Part shown: positions 39,861 to 52,761 of the stretch, in pieces
Position numbering within the stretch: the first letter of the stretch is position 1
Layout of the letters: each line of letters begins with the position of its first letter
Source of the DNA: Octopus vulgaris
Taxonomy: Eukaryota
DNA: 64,000 bases
Direction of reading: 5' to 3'
Assembly: GCA_951406725.2 (NCBI GenBank)
Contig: OX597821.1
Location: forward strand, 14,508,001 to 14,572,000
Notes under the pieces: generated by a model
Databases searched by the model: none
Seen by the model: the letters and a program-made list of their open reading frames with translations, nothing else
Told to the model about the DNA's origin: nothing
Program-made: the position numbers and the translations under genes

Positions 39861-40269
39861 TAATTTATATACTTATTTTTTTTATCATTGTTTGTGTGAG
39901 TGTGTTTTTATGTCTTTCAATATATAGACAATGCAATACAGACTTTAAAAAAAGACTTCTACTTTGAAGAATTTATGAAGATACATGCATAATTAAACAA
40001 ATATTTTTACCAGCAGCATAGCAATGGACAACAACCTTGAATGACACTTACTATGCCATGGCATACGTTACAAAAAAGTTTCATTGGCTTGTAATGAAAG
40101 AGCCAAATTCTCTTTTGAGTCTCAAGTATGTAACATGACCTCTTCCCCAAAAATCTAAAAGCAACATGATCACTAGAATTCGAAATACCATCAATAGTGT
40201 AAAGCAGTCAACTGAAAGACAAGTTTCTACAAATTTAGACAACCATCCACAATAAGTGGTATGAAGTAA

Positions 40270-40607
40270 AATAAAGACTCTCTTTGGTCATCTATGACCA
40301 TGGGATTACACCTAAAAATTTCCCTCCTGAGGCTTAAGTCTGAGCAAGGTTTTTCATGGAAGACCAGCAGTTTCCTGTGCATACCAGCCTCCCCTCTCCA
40401 TGCCATTGATGGTATCCAAAGGAAAGGCAGAAGCCAATACAGTTTAGCACCAGTGATGTCACATTTCATTTCTAAGCGGAGGGAACTAGAGCAATGTGAA
40501 ATAAAGTGACTTGCTCAAGAACACAACACACAGCCTGTCCGGGAATCAAACTCACTACCTCGTGATTGTGAACCTGATGCTCTAACCATTGAGCCATGCA
40601 CCTTCAC
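40270..40607 (-). mobile_element. Older tRNA-derived SINE (family F; tRNA head + cttgagcaag..acttt core)
   Basis: Minus strand gtgaaggtgcatggctcaatggttagagcatc...gagtttgattccc...gttcttgagcaagtcacttt; similar decayed pieces near 52040-52165, 57190-57305 and 62400-62530. Confidence 0.7.
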
Positions 40608-40739
40608 AATGATATGAAGCAATCAAGAGAAATACATATTTTAAAACCCATCTCAAGCTACTAATTTTAGGATGCATTATTCCTTGTTCCTTATCAATTC
40701 AATTTTCATTATCACACACACACACGCACACACACACAC

Positions 40740-40785
<46 letters not shown>

Positions 40786-40798
40786 ACACACACACACA

Positions 40799-41186
40799 TC
40801 TTTATATATAAAAGAGAGGTTGTGTGTCTGTCTGTCTCCTACGATTTAGGTTCCTAACTACTCCCACATTTTGCGGTGCAGTTTAACCAAAACCGGGTAT
40901 CTTATAGTTGTGATTCATATCGAGCCCTTCTGGGTATTAGCGCATGTCTACAATGAGTCTACGATTTAAAAAAAATTTACCATAATTTTTTTCCATTTTA
41001 ATGCATTTTTCGCTATTATATAAGGGAAGTAACTCTCTAAAAATGTCTACGATGAGTCAACGATTTAAAAAAAAATTTACCATCATTTTATTTCCATTTT
41101 TAATGCATTTTTTTGCTATAACTCTCTAAAAATGCTTTATAGTTATTTCCCTTACAAACCCGAGCAATGCCGGGTGATACTGCTAG
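40799..41186 (+). mobile_element. Non-autonomous Helitron
   Basis: A|TC...cccgagcaatgccggg...CTAG|T; internal ~85-bp tandem duplication; homologous to 9027-9421. Confidence 0.88.
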
Positions 41187-41974
41187 TTTAGTATAAGGGA
41201 GTCCAACAATTACACAAAAATTTTGCAAAAGAACAATCATGCAGGGCCCTGACATTATTGAAGCATTTGTAAACTTTTCTGATTTCTTTCATAACATAAA
41301 TAAAAAGATATTCTACCAAATATTTAAATATATTGAGTCCTCTTATGTGTAAATCATTTCCTTAAACATTTCCTAAATTAAGTTAACTGCATCATATCTA
41401 TATGCATATATGTATATGCATGTATGACTGAGTAGTTAAGAATTTTGATTTAGGGTTCAGTCCCATTGCGTGGCACCTTGGGCAAGTGTCTTCTCCAATA
41501 TGTGAGTACAAATATTAATGTTTGTTTTTATGTTCAATTAAAAAAAACAATTTTGCACTAATGTGATGGGTTATTCTATATTGTTGTAGAGTACACTCTG
41601 GCAAACAAGTGCTCATGACTGAAGATGAGCCAACCAGTTTGAAACTGAGTCAGTCTCATGATCCTGTTGTCTGTTTGATGATGGCAGGGTTCACTCTCCT
41701 GCCAGCAATATATATGTACAGGGTGCAGGCTGCACCAGAAAATCAGCTGACGGAAGATCTGCCTGGAGTTAAACAAGTAGTAACATGGAACAACCATTTT
41801 GATGTGGTAATTAACTTTACATTTAGTATTCTTTTGCTAGAATATTACTGACCATGACTTCGATGTTTCAACCAGCTTAGCCATTATCAGACTGTCTGAT
41901 GATAACTTAGCTAGCCTAAATTTTGAAGTCACTGTCAACAACATTCTTGTATAAGAATAATAAAATATATGTAC

Positions 41975-42531
<557 letters not shown>

Positions 42532-42791
42532 ATATATATGTGTGGTGCCATAAAAAAAACATCCAGTCCATTCTGTAAAGTGATTGGCATTAGAAAGGGC
42601 ATCCAGTCATAAAAAAAAACATGCCAAAACAGGCAGTGGAAATTGGTGCACTCCTCTGGTTTACCAGCTTCTGTCAAACCATCCAACTCATGCCAGTATG
42701 GAAGACAAACATTAAATGGTGATGATGTTATATATGTATGTGTCTATGTATGTATGTATCTATGTATGTATGCCTGTATGTGTGTCTGTTA

Positions 42792-42926
42792 ATCAGTCGA
42801 AATTGCGAGGATGATCCGGTTCTTGACTGAAGATTAAAGGCTTTGAATGACCCGTCCGTTTTTTTGTATCGTCTATTTAATGTTTTGCATTCTTGTCCCA
42901 TTTTGTATTTTTTTATATATATTTTT

Positions 42927-42963
<37 letters not shown>

Positions 42964-43080
42964 TTGATCGAAAACCTACCCCACTTTCTTTTTTTTTTCT
43001 CTTCCCCCATCGCCAAAAAAAAGCTCTACTTTGTAATTAGTCCCGTCTGTGTTCAGCCCTGTGTGGCTAATAAAGAAACA
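42792..43080 (+). mobile_element. 3' UTR fragment of a LINE-like element sharing its tail with SINE B
   Basis: Ends gtcccgtctgtgttcagccctgtgtggctaataaagaaaca, followed by (TA)n. Confidence 0.5.
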
Positions 43081-43172
43081 TATATATATATACATATATA
43101 TATATATACATATATAATATATAAATATATACATATATATACATATATATATACATATATATACATATATAT

Positions 43173-43228
<56 letters not shown>

Positions 43229-43575
43229 TTGTTTGTGTATTTGTGTCACAACAATTGTAAATATACATCACCATCATTCAAGTAATGTCATTTGTTTCCA
43301 GACTTCCATTAAAATATGTCCAGCTTAAGGGAAATATTACTTTGCTCAGAAACAGGCAAAGGTTGGTGACAAGTAGAGCATCTGATCATAGAAAATTTGC
43401 CTGAGCAAATTCTGTTTCGCTTATGCAAGCATGGAAAAGGGGATGTTAAAATGGTCATGTTAATAAAGACACCAATGATACATAAATATATATATATATA
43501 TACCGGAGTAAACACAAATGTGAAACAAGGTGGAAAAAAGAGTACTCAAATACCAGTGGTAGAGTAATATGCTTT

Positions 43576-43671
43576 ATTTAAAGCAGCAGAAAATTCAACA
43601 AAACCTGTTACTCTGAGTTTCCCGGGAAACTCAGAGTAACAGGTTTTGTTGAATTTTCTGCTGCTTTAAAT
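43576..43671. repeat. Perfect 96-bp palindrome (48-bp arms, centre CCC|GGG) at the end of a repeat (43501-43671)
   Basis: Direct base comparison; a single-arm copy of the same repeat lies at 59167-59283. Confidence 0.95.
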
Positions 43672-43674
43672 CAA

Positions 43675-43719
<45 letters not shown>

Positions 43720-44792
43720 TTGACTTCTTTCAGTTTACATTACCAAGTCTATTTATGGGGTGTTGTTAATTGGAGGCTATGGTCCTATAGTAGAATACAC
43801 TAACCTAAGTTGGTCACAGCAGGACTGAACCCAAAACTGTTTGACTGGGAAGTGAGCTCTTTATTTGGCTGAATGAGATTCCTTAGTATAAAAATGATAA
43901 TGACTGTTCCAAATGTAACATTATGAATTTAAGGGAAAAGAAGGACCCTCAGACAGCAGAGTTAACAAAATTAGAGAGAGACAGAGAGGAATGAAGGAGA
44001 GAGAGAGAGAGACAGAGACAGACAGATAGAGAAAAGAAACATATCTAGGAGTGAGTATGTAGAAATTTAGGTGAAGTTGGCTAAAATGATCTTGGCCTTG
44101 ATAGTCAGTATCCAAGTAGATAAAAAAGCAATATAATTGATTTTTTTAACGTATTGATTTCACTCTAGTCTGAGTTGGGTATCAGTATCTGTTTACACAT
44201 AAAGATTTAATTAAATTAATTTACTTAGGACAAAAAAATTGTTCTCTAGTTTCAAAATATTGCATACGAACAAAATCTGCAAGAAATCAACCTTCCAAGT
44301 ATTTGCTACAAATTAATCGACACTGATTACATAGACGTATTTTATCAACTACTTCTTTACCCTGAGTGGCTTTATTTCAATGAAAGCAATGAAACTGAAG
44401 GGACATTAATACAAATTACAAAATGAGGAACTGATGCTTTTACCTTCAGAATTGTATATTTGTGGTGTAAATGTTCAAAGTGTAAAAGTATTGAATTGGA
44501 AGGTTTATGCTTGATTGAATTTGCAGCATATAAAATTTCTATTGGCATATTTTTAGCCAAGAAAGAAAGCAGTGGTGATGAGGCTTCACAGGGCCTCTGA
44601 CTGGGGTGGAAGGGAGAGGAGAAGGGATTCTCTAACAGGAGATCAGACTCAAATGTTTTCTGCAGGTTACTCTCTGCTAAAGACACCCATGGTGTCATCA
44701 GGTAGGGGGACAGATGAAGTCTACCACCCTACTAGGCCACAGCATGATTTGAACTCAGAAAGCTGAAAATCAGAACAAATACTGCAAGGCAT

Positions 44793-45209
44793 TCTCTTAC
44801 TCTTTACTCTTTTACTTGTTTCAGTCATTTGACTGTGGCCATGCTGGAGCACCGCCTTTAGTCGAGCAACTCGACCCCGGGACTTATTCTTTGTAAGCCG
44901 AGTACTTATTCTATCGGTCTCTTTTGCCGAACCGCTAAGTGACGGGGACGTAAACACACCAGCATTGGTTGTCAAGGAATGCTAGGGGGACAAACACAGA
45001 CACACAAACATACACGCACACACACATATATATATACATATATATGACGGGCTTCTTTCAGTTTCCGTCTACCAAATCCACTCACAAGGCTTTGGTCGGC
45101 CCGAGGCTATAGTAGAAGACACTTGCCCAAGGTGCCACGCAGTGGGACTGAACCCGGAACCATGTGGTTGGTAAGCAAGCTACTTACCACACAGCCACTC
45201 CTGCGCCTA
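44793..45209 (-). mobile_element. SINE family A
   Basis: Full-length, close to consensus. Confidence 0.93.
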
Positions 45210-47049
45210 TGTTCACTACTCTAAAACCTTTTACAAATTTGTCACCTTTGTACATAGCTAAACAAAGACTCTCTCTTGATTAGCTTTAACTTGGTTTGAT
45301 GTAATCAAATATTCAACTGATTTAGAATTCAATAAATATATTCAAATAGAATTCCTTTTCATGACTAACAAAACCGATACAAAATGACTAAAATGCTATT
45401 GGAACCAATTCTTCAGTTCTAGAAGGAAGGAAAAATAAAGTTAACTTTAGGTAGATTGGAATTACCAAACCATTAATTTACTTCATCATTCATCAAGTCA
45501 CTTTGATCCACTATCTACTATGGATCTACTATACTATTGACTATTGCATAGTTTTTTATTTAATTTTTTTATATAAATAACTAAATGAAAGTAGTATTTT
45601 CTAATAATAGTCAAACCTGCTTTGAATGAAATGTCTATTTACCATGGTTGCAGTAACATTGATTAAAGGCTTCTATTGAAATGGCAAAAATAACTTATTG
45701 ATTGATTTTTCATTTTTTTTTTTTTGCTTGTCATTTGCCAACTTTAAAGTTTTCCGTAGTGTTTTTGAAATATAACATACATCGCAAAAGTTTTTCTTTT
45801 GCTCTATTTTATAATATCGGAATATTTTTCTAATAAAACATTAATGAACCTTTATATTTAACAAAACAAAATTATCTATATGAAATTGATTTGGTATTAT
45901 TTATTTGATGCACGAGGACAACAATCTTACGAGTAGTAATGGACATTTAGATATTCCACTGCACTTAAAACTTTGATGATATTTTAATTACTATCCATCA
46001 AATGTTCATCAAATTAAATTATACTAAAAATTACAGCAACAAACCTATCTTTAGTTACTAGATATGCTTTATTATAAGGTGACATTTAAAACAAAAATAT
46101 AGATGATTTTGGTGATCTATAATATAAATGGTCTTGTCATGGTGATAAATGTATTGAATAGAATCTATAATAGAGATTTTATATAAAGGTTATGAGGTAG
46201 TTCTTTGTTCTTGGTAGTTATGGTAAATCAGATAAAACAGAACCAAATGAGACTGGTCGTGGCCAGCATCAAATACAAAATGTAACAGAAAAAGTACAAT
46301 GAAATTATTATGGTGAGTGGAGTAACCAATGTTTCAGTCTTCAGTATAAAGATGACAGGAGGGAAATAAACGAAAGCGGGGGAAGTTTTATATCCTCTAT
46401 GTTTGAGAAACTGGCTGCAGCTGATGGGGAACACAAGACCATATCAGCTTCATACATAGACAGAAGCCATAGGAGACTGGTTGTAAAAGAAATGTAAAGA
46501 GGACTTGGGTGATGGGGGTGGGGGAAATGAAGTAAGTAGGAAGCTGAAGAATTGAAGAATACAAATAAGATCACTTTAGAGAGGATATAAGAGTAGAATG
46601 AAAGATGTTCATTTAAACCTATCGGTAACATGCTGGATAAATGTCTCAGAAGTATATACCTTTCACAATATCTAAATAATGGAGTGAACCTACAGCTGAT
46701 AACAGTGATTGCTGTTTCACTTGACTTCAAAAATTTTTAAGAGTGAAATACAAAAAAGAAAAGAACACTGCAATATCCTAATTTATCCTCCATTCTATAG
46801 CTAGTCCTACATAGTGAAAGACTTCCCATTATATGGAAAGCGATGGGCATGCTTCCCATATAATGCGATGGGCATGCAGGTTGCACATCTTCTGATCCAA
46901 ACATTTCAAGTGAATCTACAGAGCTACATAAATTTCCTCAGAGCGAAATAAATTATTTTACAAAGGACTTACGTTTGTGAAAATGAATGCAGATCCTCTG
47001 GGCATACAAGTGAGACTATGTAACCTACTTGCTGATGATGCCAAATATT

Positions 47050-47940
47050 TCATGTGACTATGGTAAGGATTTCTCACTTTTTCTTTTTTTATATAAAAGA
47101 GAGCAATTTGCTTGCATGCAATAATATTTATAGTCTCATGAAAGCTTGTAATTTAAATCACAATTCAATCAAATGGCAACTATTCAAAGAAACGTTGAAA
47201 CTTGTCTTGAAAAAGGTTTCAATACACATTCATAAGTTGTTGCCATCAATATTCATAGGATATTCAACCTATATGAAAGAAATGTGTATGACAACATTTA
47301 AAACTTTTGCTATCTGTAATTTATGACAATTGTCAAAGGAAAAATTCTTAATTTGAAAGTTGTGGCTTTTGCATTTCATGTAAAAGAATAATTTAAAAGA
47401 AATCCTTTGAACCTAGCATAAAAAAATTTTGATCTGCCTCTTGTTGAGCAAGAAAAAAAATCATTTTGCTGCCATCAAATATATAAACTAAGATTACTGA
47501 ATAGCTTTAAGGAAGCTACAGACCAAATGTGAGCAACTCTCCTTTATCACAAAGACAAACTTCTAGCAATTAGTGATGCAAAAATTGAAGGAATGTTTAT
47601 CACCTCTGTTCTGTCACAAAAACTTCATGCAGACAATGAATTTGATGGTATTTTAGAAGTCAAGGAAAAATATGTATGGATGACTTTCAAAATGACAATA
47701 AACAAATTTCATGGAACTAAATAAACTGAAAATTATAAACTTTATTTGAAAACTTGTTTCATGCCTATCAAGAGTTAAGGCATGACATGTCTCTGAAGAT
47801 ACATTTTCTCAATTTACACTTTGATTTTTCTCTCTGAAAAATGTGGGCTGTGAGTAATGAGCATGATGGAATACGACCCCAGAAATTTCTATCATAGAAA
47901 AAACATTACCATAGCAAAAGAACATCATCAGTATTGGCAG
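47050..47940 (+). mobile_element. Decayed Chapaev/CMC-like DNA transposase relic
   Basis: Frameshifted motifs LACNNIYSLMK..NHN..KWQLF, LPSIFIGYSTYMKE, PLVEQEK.I, ISDAKI, DNEFD..L...EKYVWMTFK, MSLKIHFL..HFDF, AVSNEH, in the order I recall for Chapaev3-type transposases. Confidence 0.65.
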
Positions 47941-48041
47941 ATTCAGTCCCACTGTGTGGCACCTTGTGCAAGTGTCTTCTACTATAGTCTCGGGCAGACC
48001 AAAGCCTTGTGAATGGATTTAATTTTGGTAGACGGAAACTT

Positions 48042-48693
48042 TAGGTGTAGAAGTGGCTGTGTGGTAAGTAGCTTGTTTATGAACTACATGGTTCTGGGTT
48101 CAGTCCCACTGCGTGACACCTTGGGCAAGTTTCTTCTACTGTAGCCTCGGGCAGACCAAAGCCTTGCGAGTGGATTTGGTAGATGGAAACTGAAAGAAGC
48201 CCGTCGTATAGATGTATATATATATATTTCTTTATTGCCCACAAGGAGCTAAACACAGAGGGGACAAACAAAGACAGACAAAGGGATTAAGTCTACTACA
48301 TCGCCCCTAGTGCGTAACTGGTACTTTATTTATCGACCCCAAAAGGATGAAAGGCAAAGTCGACCTCGGCGGAATTTGAACTTGGGACGTATCGCCAGAC
48401 GAAATACGGCTACACATTTCGCCCGACGTGCTATCGTTTCTGCCAGCTTGCCGCTGTATATATATGTATATATATGTATGTATATATGTATGAGTATGTG
48501 TGTTTGTCCCCCCAACATCACTTGACAACCGATGGTGGTGTGTTTACATCCCTGTAACTTAGCGGTTCAGCAAAAGAGACAGATAGAATAAGTACTAGGC
48601 TTCCAAAGAATAAATCCAGGGGTCGATTTGCTCGACTAAAGGCAGTGCTCCAGCATGGTTGCAGTCAAATGACTGAAACAAGTAAAAGAGTAA
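48042..48693 (+). mobile_element. SINE A with nested SINE B (48226-48455, minus) in its (TA)n tract; partial A head at 47941-48040
   Basis: Both families recognisable. Confidence 0.88.
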
Positions 48694-49539
48694 ACTGTAG
48701 TCAAAAATAATCTCAACAATATTTACCATTAACAAGCAAAATAACCATGAAAGTGAACTGTAAGGACTTCATAAAAATCTTGGTAGAAATCATGTATCAT
48801 ATCACATGTTTTATTAGAAGAACAATAATGAAACTAATTTGCTCTTGTTACATATCACTTATAGTAATCAATGCTCTTTATTGTGTCATATTCTTTCTAT
48901 AGATTTTGAAGAAGTAATCCAAAACTTTAGCTAATATTGAAAAATTAGAATCATTTTCATCATTAATGACCAAAGTTCTCTAAGAATCGACATATCTCTC
49001 AGTACAGTAAATTGTTTCCTTTTACTGAAAAATTGTTTAGATATAGACTTGAACAGAAAATTGTAACTCAACTGATGCTGGTGGTGAGCTGCATGGGCAA
49101 GATTTCTGTTATTTGGAAAGGCAGAAAGTGTATAGCAAAATTGCTGTGGAAAGTAGAGTATCTATCCAAAAGGAGTCCTACTTCAGGACTATGGATGAGA
49201 GGAGGAATGAATACATACAGACATACAAAAGCACATACACATACAAACATAGTATACACACACATATATTTCTCTTTAATTCTCCATTGCTCTCTCTTTC
49301 TCTCTCTCATCTTACCTTTCTCACTATCTTAAGGTATATACTTAAGGCAGCTTATCAGACCTTCATATACCTCATACACTCAACCTATAACCCCACCCTT
49401 AACCATTTAGTAATCAACAGCTCATCATTCACTCACTATTTATCCACCTCTCTCTCTTTCTCTCTGCTTTTTATCTCTAGTGCTGGTATCACAGTAAAAT
49501 GACTGAGTTCATTCTGCTAAGAATATAAGAACCCTTTAA

Positions 49540-50058
49540 CCCTTTCGTTACTGTATTTATAATAATATATATAATAATGAAATTATTGTATACAGTGCTC
49601 AGGTACACCACAACTTGTCAGAAAGTGCATATAAAGTACATGCAGTAATGTACAAATGTCTGGAAAGCGAACAATGTATGAGTCAGGTACATGCTTGTGT
49701 GTGTATGGAGGGGAGAAAATCAAGTGTAGTGTTGGCGAATCTCAGGAAGCATGGAAGTTTTGAAGGATGCAGTGCTCCGACAACTAACAACTGATGCTGG
49801 CAGTTTGTTCCATGCTTCAGCAACTCTAAGCGTGAAAAAATGTTTCCTGAAGTCATGGGAGCTGTGCTGTTTTCTTATGTTCTGTGTTTATGCTACATAA
49901 CAAAGAATTTAGTAAAATAACTTAGTTACCATTCAGCTAGTATTAGGAACATAAATTGTGACTAAGGTTTGGTGGAAGATTTTAATTCAGAACTTATGAA
50001 AACAAGGCATTTGTACTCAGAGCCAGAGCCGGTTTCAGCCGGGTTGGTAACGAAAGGG
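49540..50058. mobile_element. piggyBac-type MITE containing a CR1 LINE 3' end
   Basis: TTAA|CCCTTTCGTTAC...GTAACGAAAGGG|TTAA; an empty homologue lies at 52542-52761. Confidence 0.85.
49560..49876 (-). mobile_element. CR1-type LINE 3' fragment
   Basis: Minus strand RKQHSSHDFRKHFFTLRVAEAWNKLPASVVSCRSTASFK...* (CR1 FF..RV...WN.LP motif), then 3' UTR and (ATT)n tail. Confidence 0.85.
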
Positions 50059-50520
50059 TTAATCATATTCTTGAAATAACAAGTTCTCTAGTGTTAGCAC
50101 CACTATAAAATACAGCCAGTGCAATTTGTAAGATTTCTGATGATAGGAAGGGCATCCAGTATTAGAAACTTACGAATGAAATTTGGTCTCCCTGGTTATC
50201 TGAGAGAGCAACAATAACTTATCCAACTTATGTCAGCATAAAGGTCATTACAAAATGATGATGATGATGATGATGATGATGATAACTTCTATGGAAAATA
50301 TATATAATTAAATGGCCAAGAGTGACACCTATATGTTGTTACTTAACTTCCTACAAATAGTAACCAAAACTCCCACAAGATATTCCATACTTTCAGAATT
50401 TAATTCTGTTAGCAGAAATGACAGAAATTAAGCTGGCATTGTCAAACCAGTTCAATACCAAGCTTGCAAAATTTTGAATTTAAAAACTCTGTATAGAATA
50501 AAAAGCAAAATGAACATTTT

Positions 50521-50934
50521 GGCACAGGAGTGGCTGTGTGTTAAGTAGCTTGCTTACCAACCACATGGTTCTGGGTTCAGTCCCACTGCGTGGCATCTTG
50601 GGCAAGTGTCTTCTGCTATAGCCCCGGGCCAACCAATGCCTTGTGAGTGGATTTGGTAGACAGAAACTGAAAGAAGCTTGTCGTATATATGTATAAATAT
50701 ATGTGTGTGTGTATTTGTGTGTCTGTGTTTGTCCCCCTGTGTTTGTCCCCCTTGACAACCGATGCTGGTGTGTTTATGTCCCCGTAACTTAGCAGTTCGG
50801 CAAAAGAGTACGATAGAATAAGTACTGGGCTTACAAAAAGAATAAGTCCTGGAGTCGAGTTGCTCGATTAAAGGCAGTGCTCCAGCATGGCCGCAGTCAA
50901 ATGACTGAAGCAAGTAAAAGAGTAAAAGAGAGAG
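50521..50934 (+). mobile_element. SINE family A
   Basis: Full-length copy, followed by an older related tail (50950-51205). Confidence 0.9.
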
Positions 50935-51527
50935 TATATGGGAGGGTGTATATGTGTGTTTGTGTGTGTGTGTGTGTGTGTGCGCAAATCTTTGTATTTG
51001 TGTTTGTTCCTCATCACTTCTTGAGAACCAGTGTTTGTTTGTTTATGTCCCTATAATGTAGTTGTCTGGCAAAAGGAGACCAACAAAATAAGTACCAAAC
51101 TTAAAAAAGCACAAATTTCTGGGTTGATTTGTTCAATTGAACCTGTCAATGTGGTGCCCTAGCATGGCCATACTCCAATAACTGGAACACTTAAAAGATA
51201 AAAGAGAGATGTCACAACAACCACCAACTGTCTTCCCTGGTGAGATAAAGGAGGAGTCTCTGTATAGTCATTTGATCTGCCAGAAACAGCAGCCAAATCT
51301 CTTTGAATCACATACCAACTGTCTCAAAAAAGAAAGGTCACATTCGATAATGTAGTTCTTAATAAATGATTTGCACTCCTTGGTTACAATGATAAATGTT
51401 CCAGCAGGAGTGGCTGTGTGGTAAGTAGCTTGCTTACAAATCACATGGTTCTGGGTTCAGTCCCACTGTGTGGCACCTTGGGCAAGTGTTTTCTACTATA
51501 GCCTCAGGCTATACACTCCACAGACAT

Positions 51528-51693
51528 AGGCGCAGGAGTGGCTGTGTGGTAAGTAGCTTGTTTACCAACCACATGGTTCCGGGTTCAGTCCCACTGCGTG
51601 GCACCTTGGGCAAGTGTCTTCTACTATAGCCTTGGGCCGACCACAGCCTTGTGAGTGGATTTGGTAGACGGAAACTGAAAGAAGCCTGTCGTA

Positions 51694-51752
<59 letters not shown>

Positions 51753-51946
51753 TTGTCCCCCTAGCATTGCTTAACAACCGGCGCTGGTGTGTCTATGTCC
51801 CCGTTACTTAGCAGTTCGGCAAAAGAGACCGATAGAATAAGTACTGGGCTTACAAAAGAATAAGTCCCGGGGTCGAGTTGCTCAATTAAAGGCGGTGCTC
51901 CAGCATGGCCGCATTCAAATGACTGAAACAAGTAAAAGAGTAAAAG
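51528..51946 (+). mobile_element. SINE family A (partial head also at 51406-51512)
   Basis: Full-length copy inserted into an older C-like remnant. Confidence 0.9.
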
Positions 51947-52436
51947 GGACATATGTACCCTTAATGTAGTTCACTGGGAGATTCAGTATCACATAGAATA
52001 TGATGAGGCAGACCATTTAAATTACAGGTACAATTCATTTTTGCCAGATGAATGAACTGGGGCAATGGGAAATAAAATGCTTTGCCCAAGGGAACAACAT
52101 GCCACCAGGAATAGACCTCATAACCTTACGATTGTGAGCCGAATATCCCTAACCACTAACCCATACACTACCAATCTGGGCTGTCCCTTGAGGATTCACA
52201 CACTTCTTAAGCAGTAATCATTGGAACAGATGTCAATGAGAACAAGCAAAACAGAAAACACCCGAGGAGACAAAAGTACCAGAATTAAAACAGCTTTATA
52301 TTCTACAACAATTCACGCAAAAACACCTACATAGCTCCACAAGCTAACCATAACAACTTTTCTTTGCTAGAAATCACTTTTTGTAGTTCATCAATTGCTG
52401 CCACAACCATTTCACAAACAGTTCTTCAATTTCTGC

Positions 52437-52443
52437 AACCACC

Positions 52444-52477
<34 letters not shown>

Positions 52478-52498
52478 TCATCACCATCATCAACATCA
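52437..52498. repeat. (ACC)n(ATC)n trinucleotide repeat
   Basis: Direct read. Confidence 0.9.
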
Positions 52499-52541
52499 TT
52501 AACAGCAGCACTACGACCACCACAACATACTTTCACATTAA

Positions 52542-52761
52542 CCCTTTCATTACTGTATTTATTTTGAGATGTTCTGTGTTTCTTTCAGTTACTTTAAATA
52601 TTACAAAGAATTTAGTAAAATAACTTAGTTATCATTAGGCTAGTGTTAGGAACATAAAATGTGACTAAGGTTTGGTGGAAGATTTTAATTCAAAACTTAT
52701 GGAAACAAGACATTTGTACTCAGAGCCAGAGCAGGTTTCAGCCGGGTTGGTAACAAAAGGG
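52542..52761. mobile_element. piggyBac-type MITE (empty copy)
   Basis: TTAA|CCCTTT...AAAGGG|TTAA; same family as 49540-50058. Confidence 0.85.

Noticed and set aside
52364-52567. Pro/Ser-rich ORF
   Set aside because: Produced by (ACC)n(ATC)n repeats running into a MITE.
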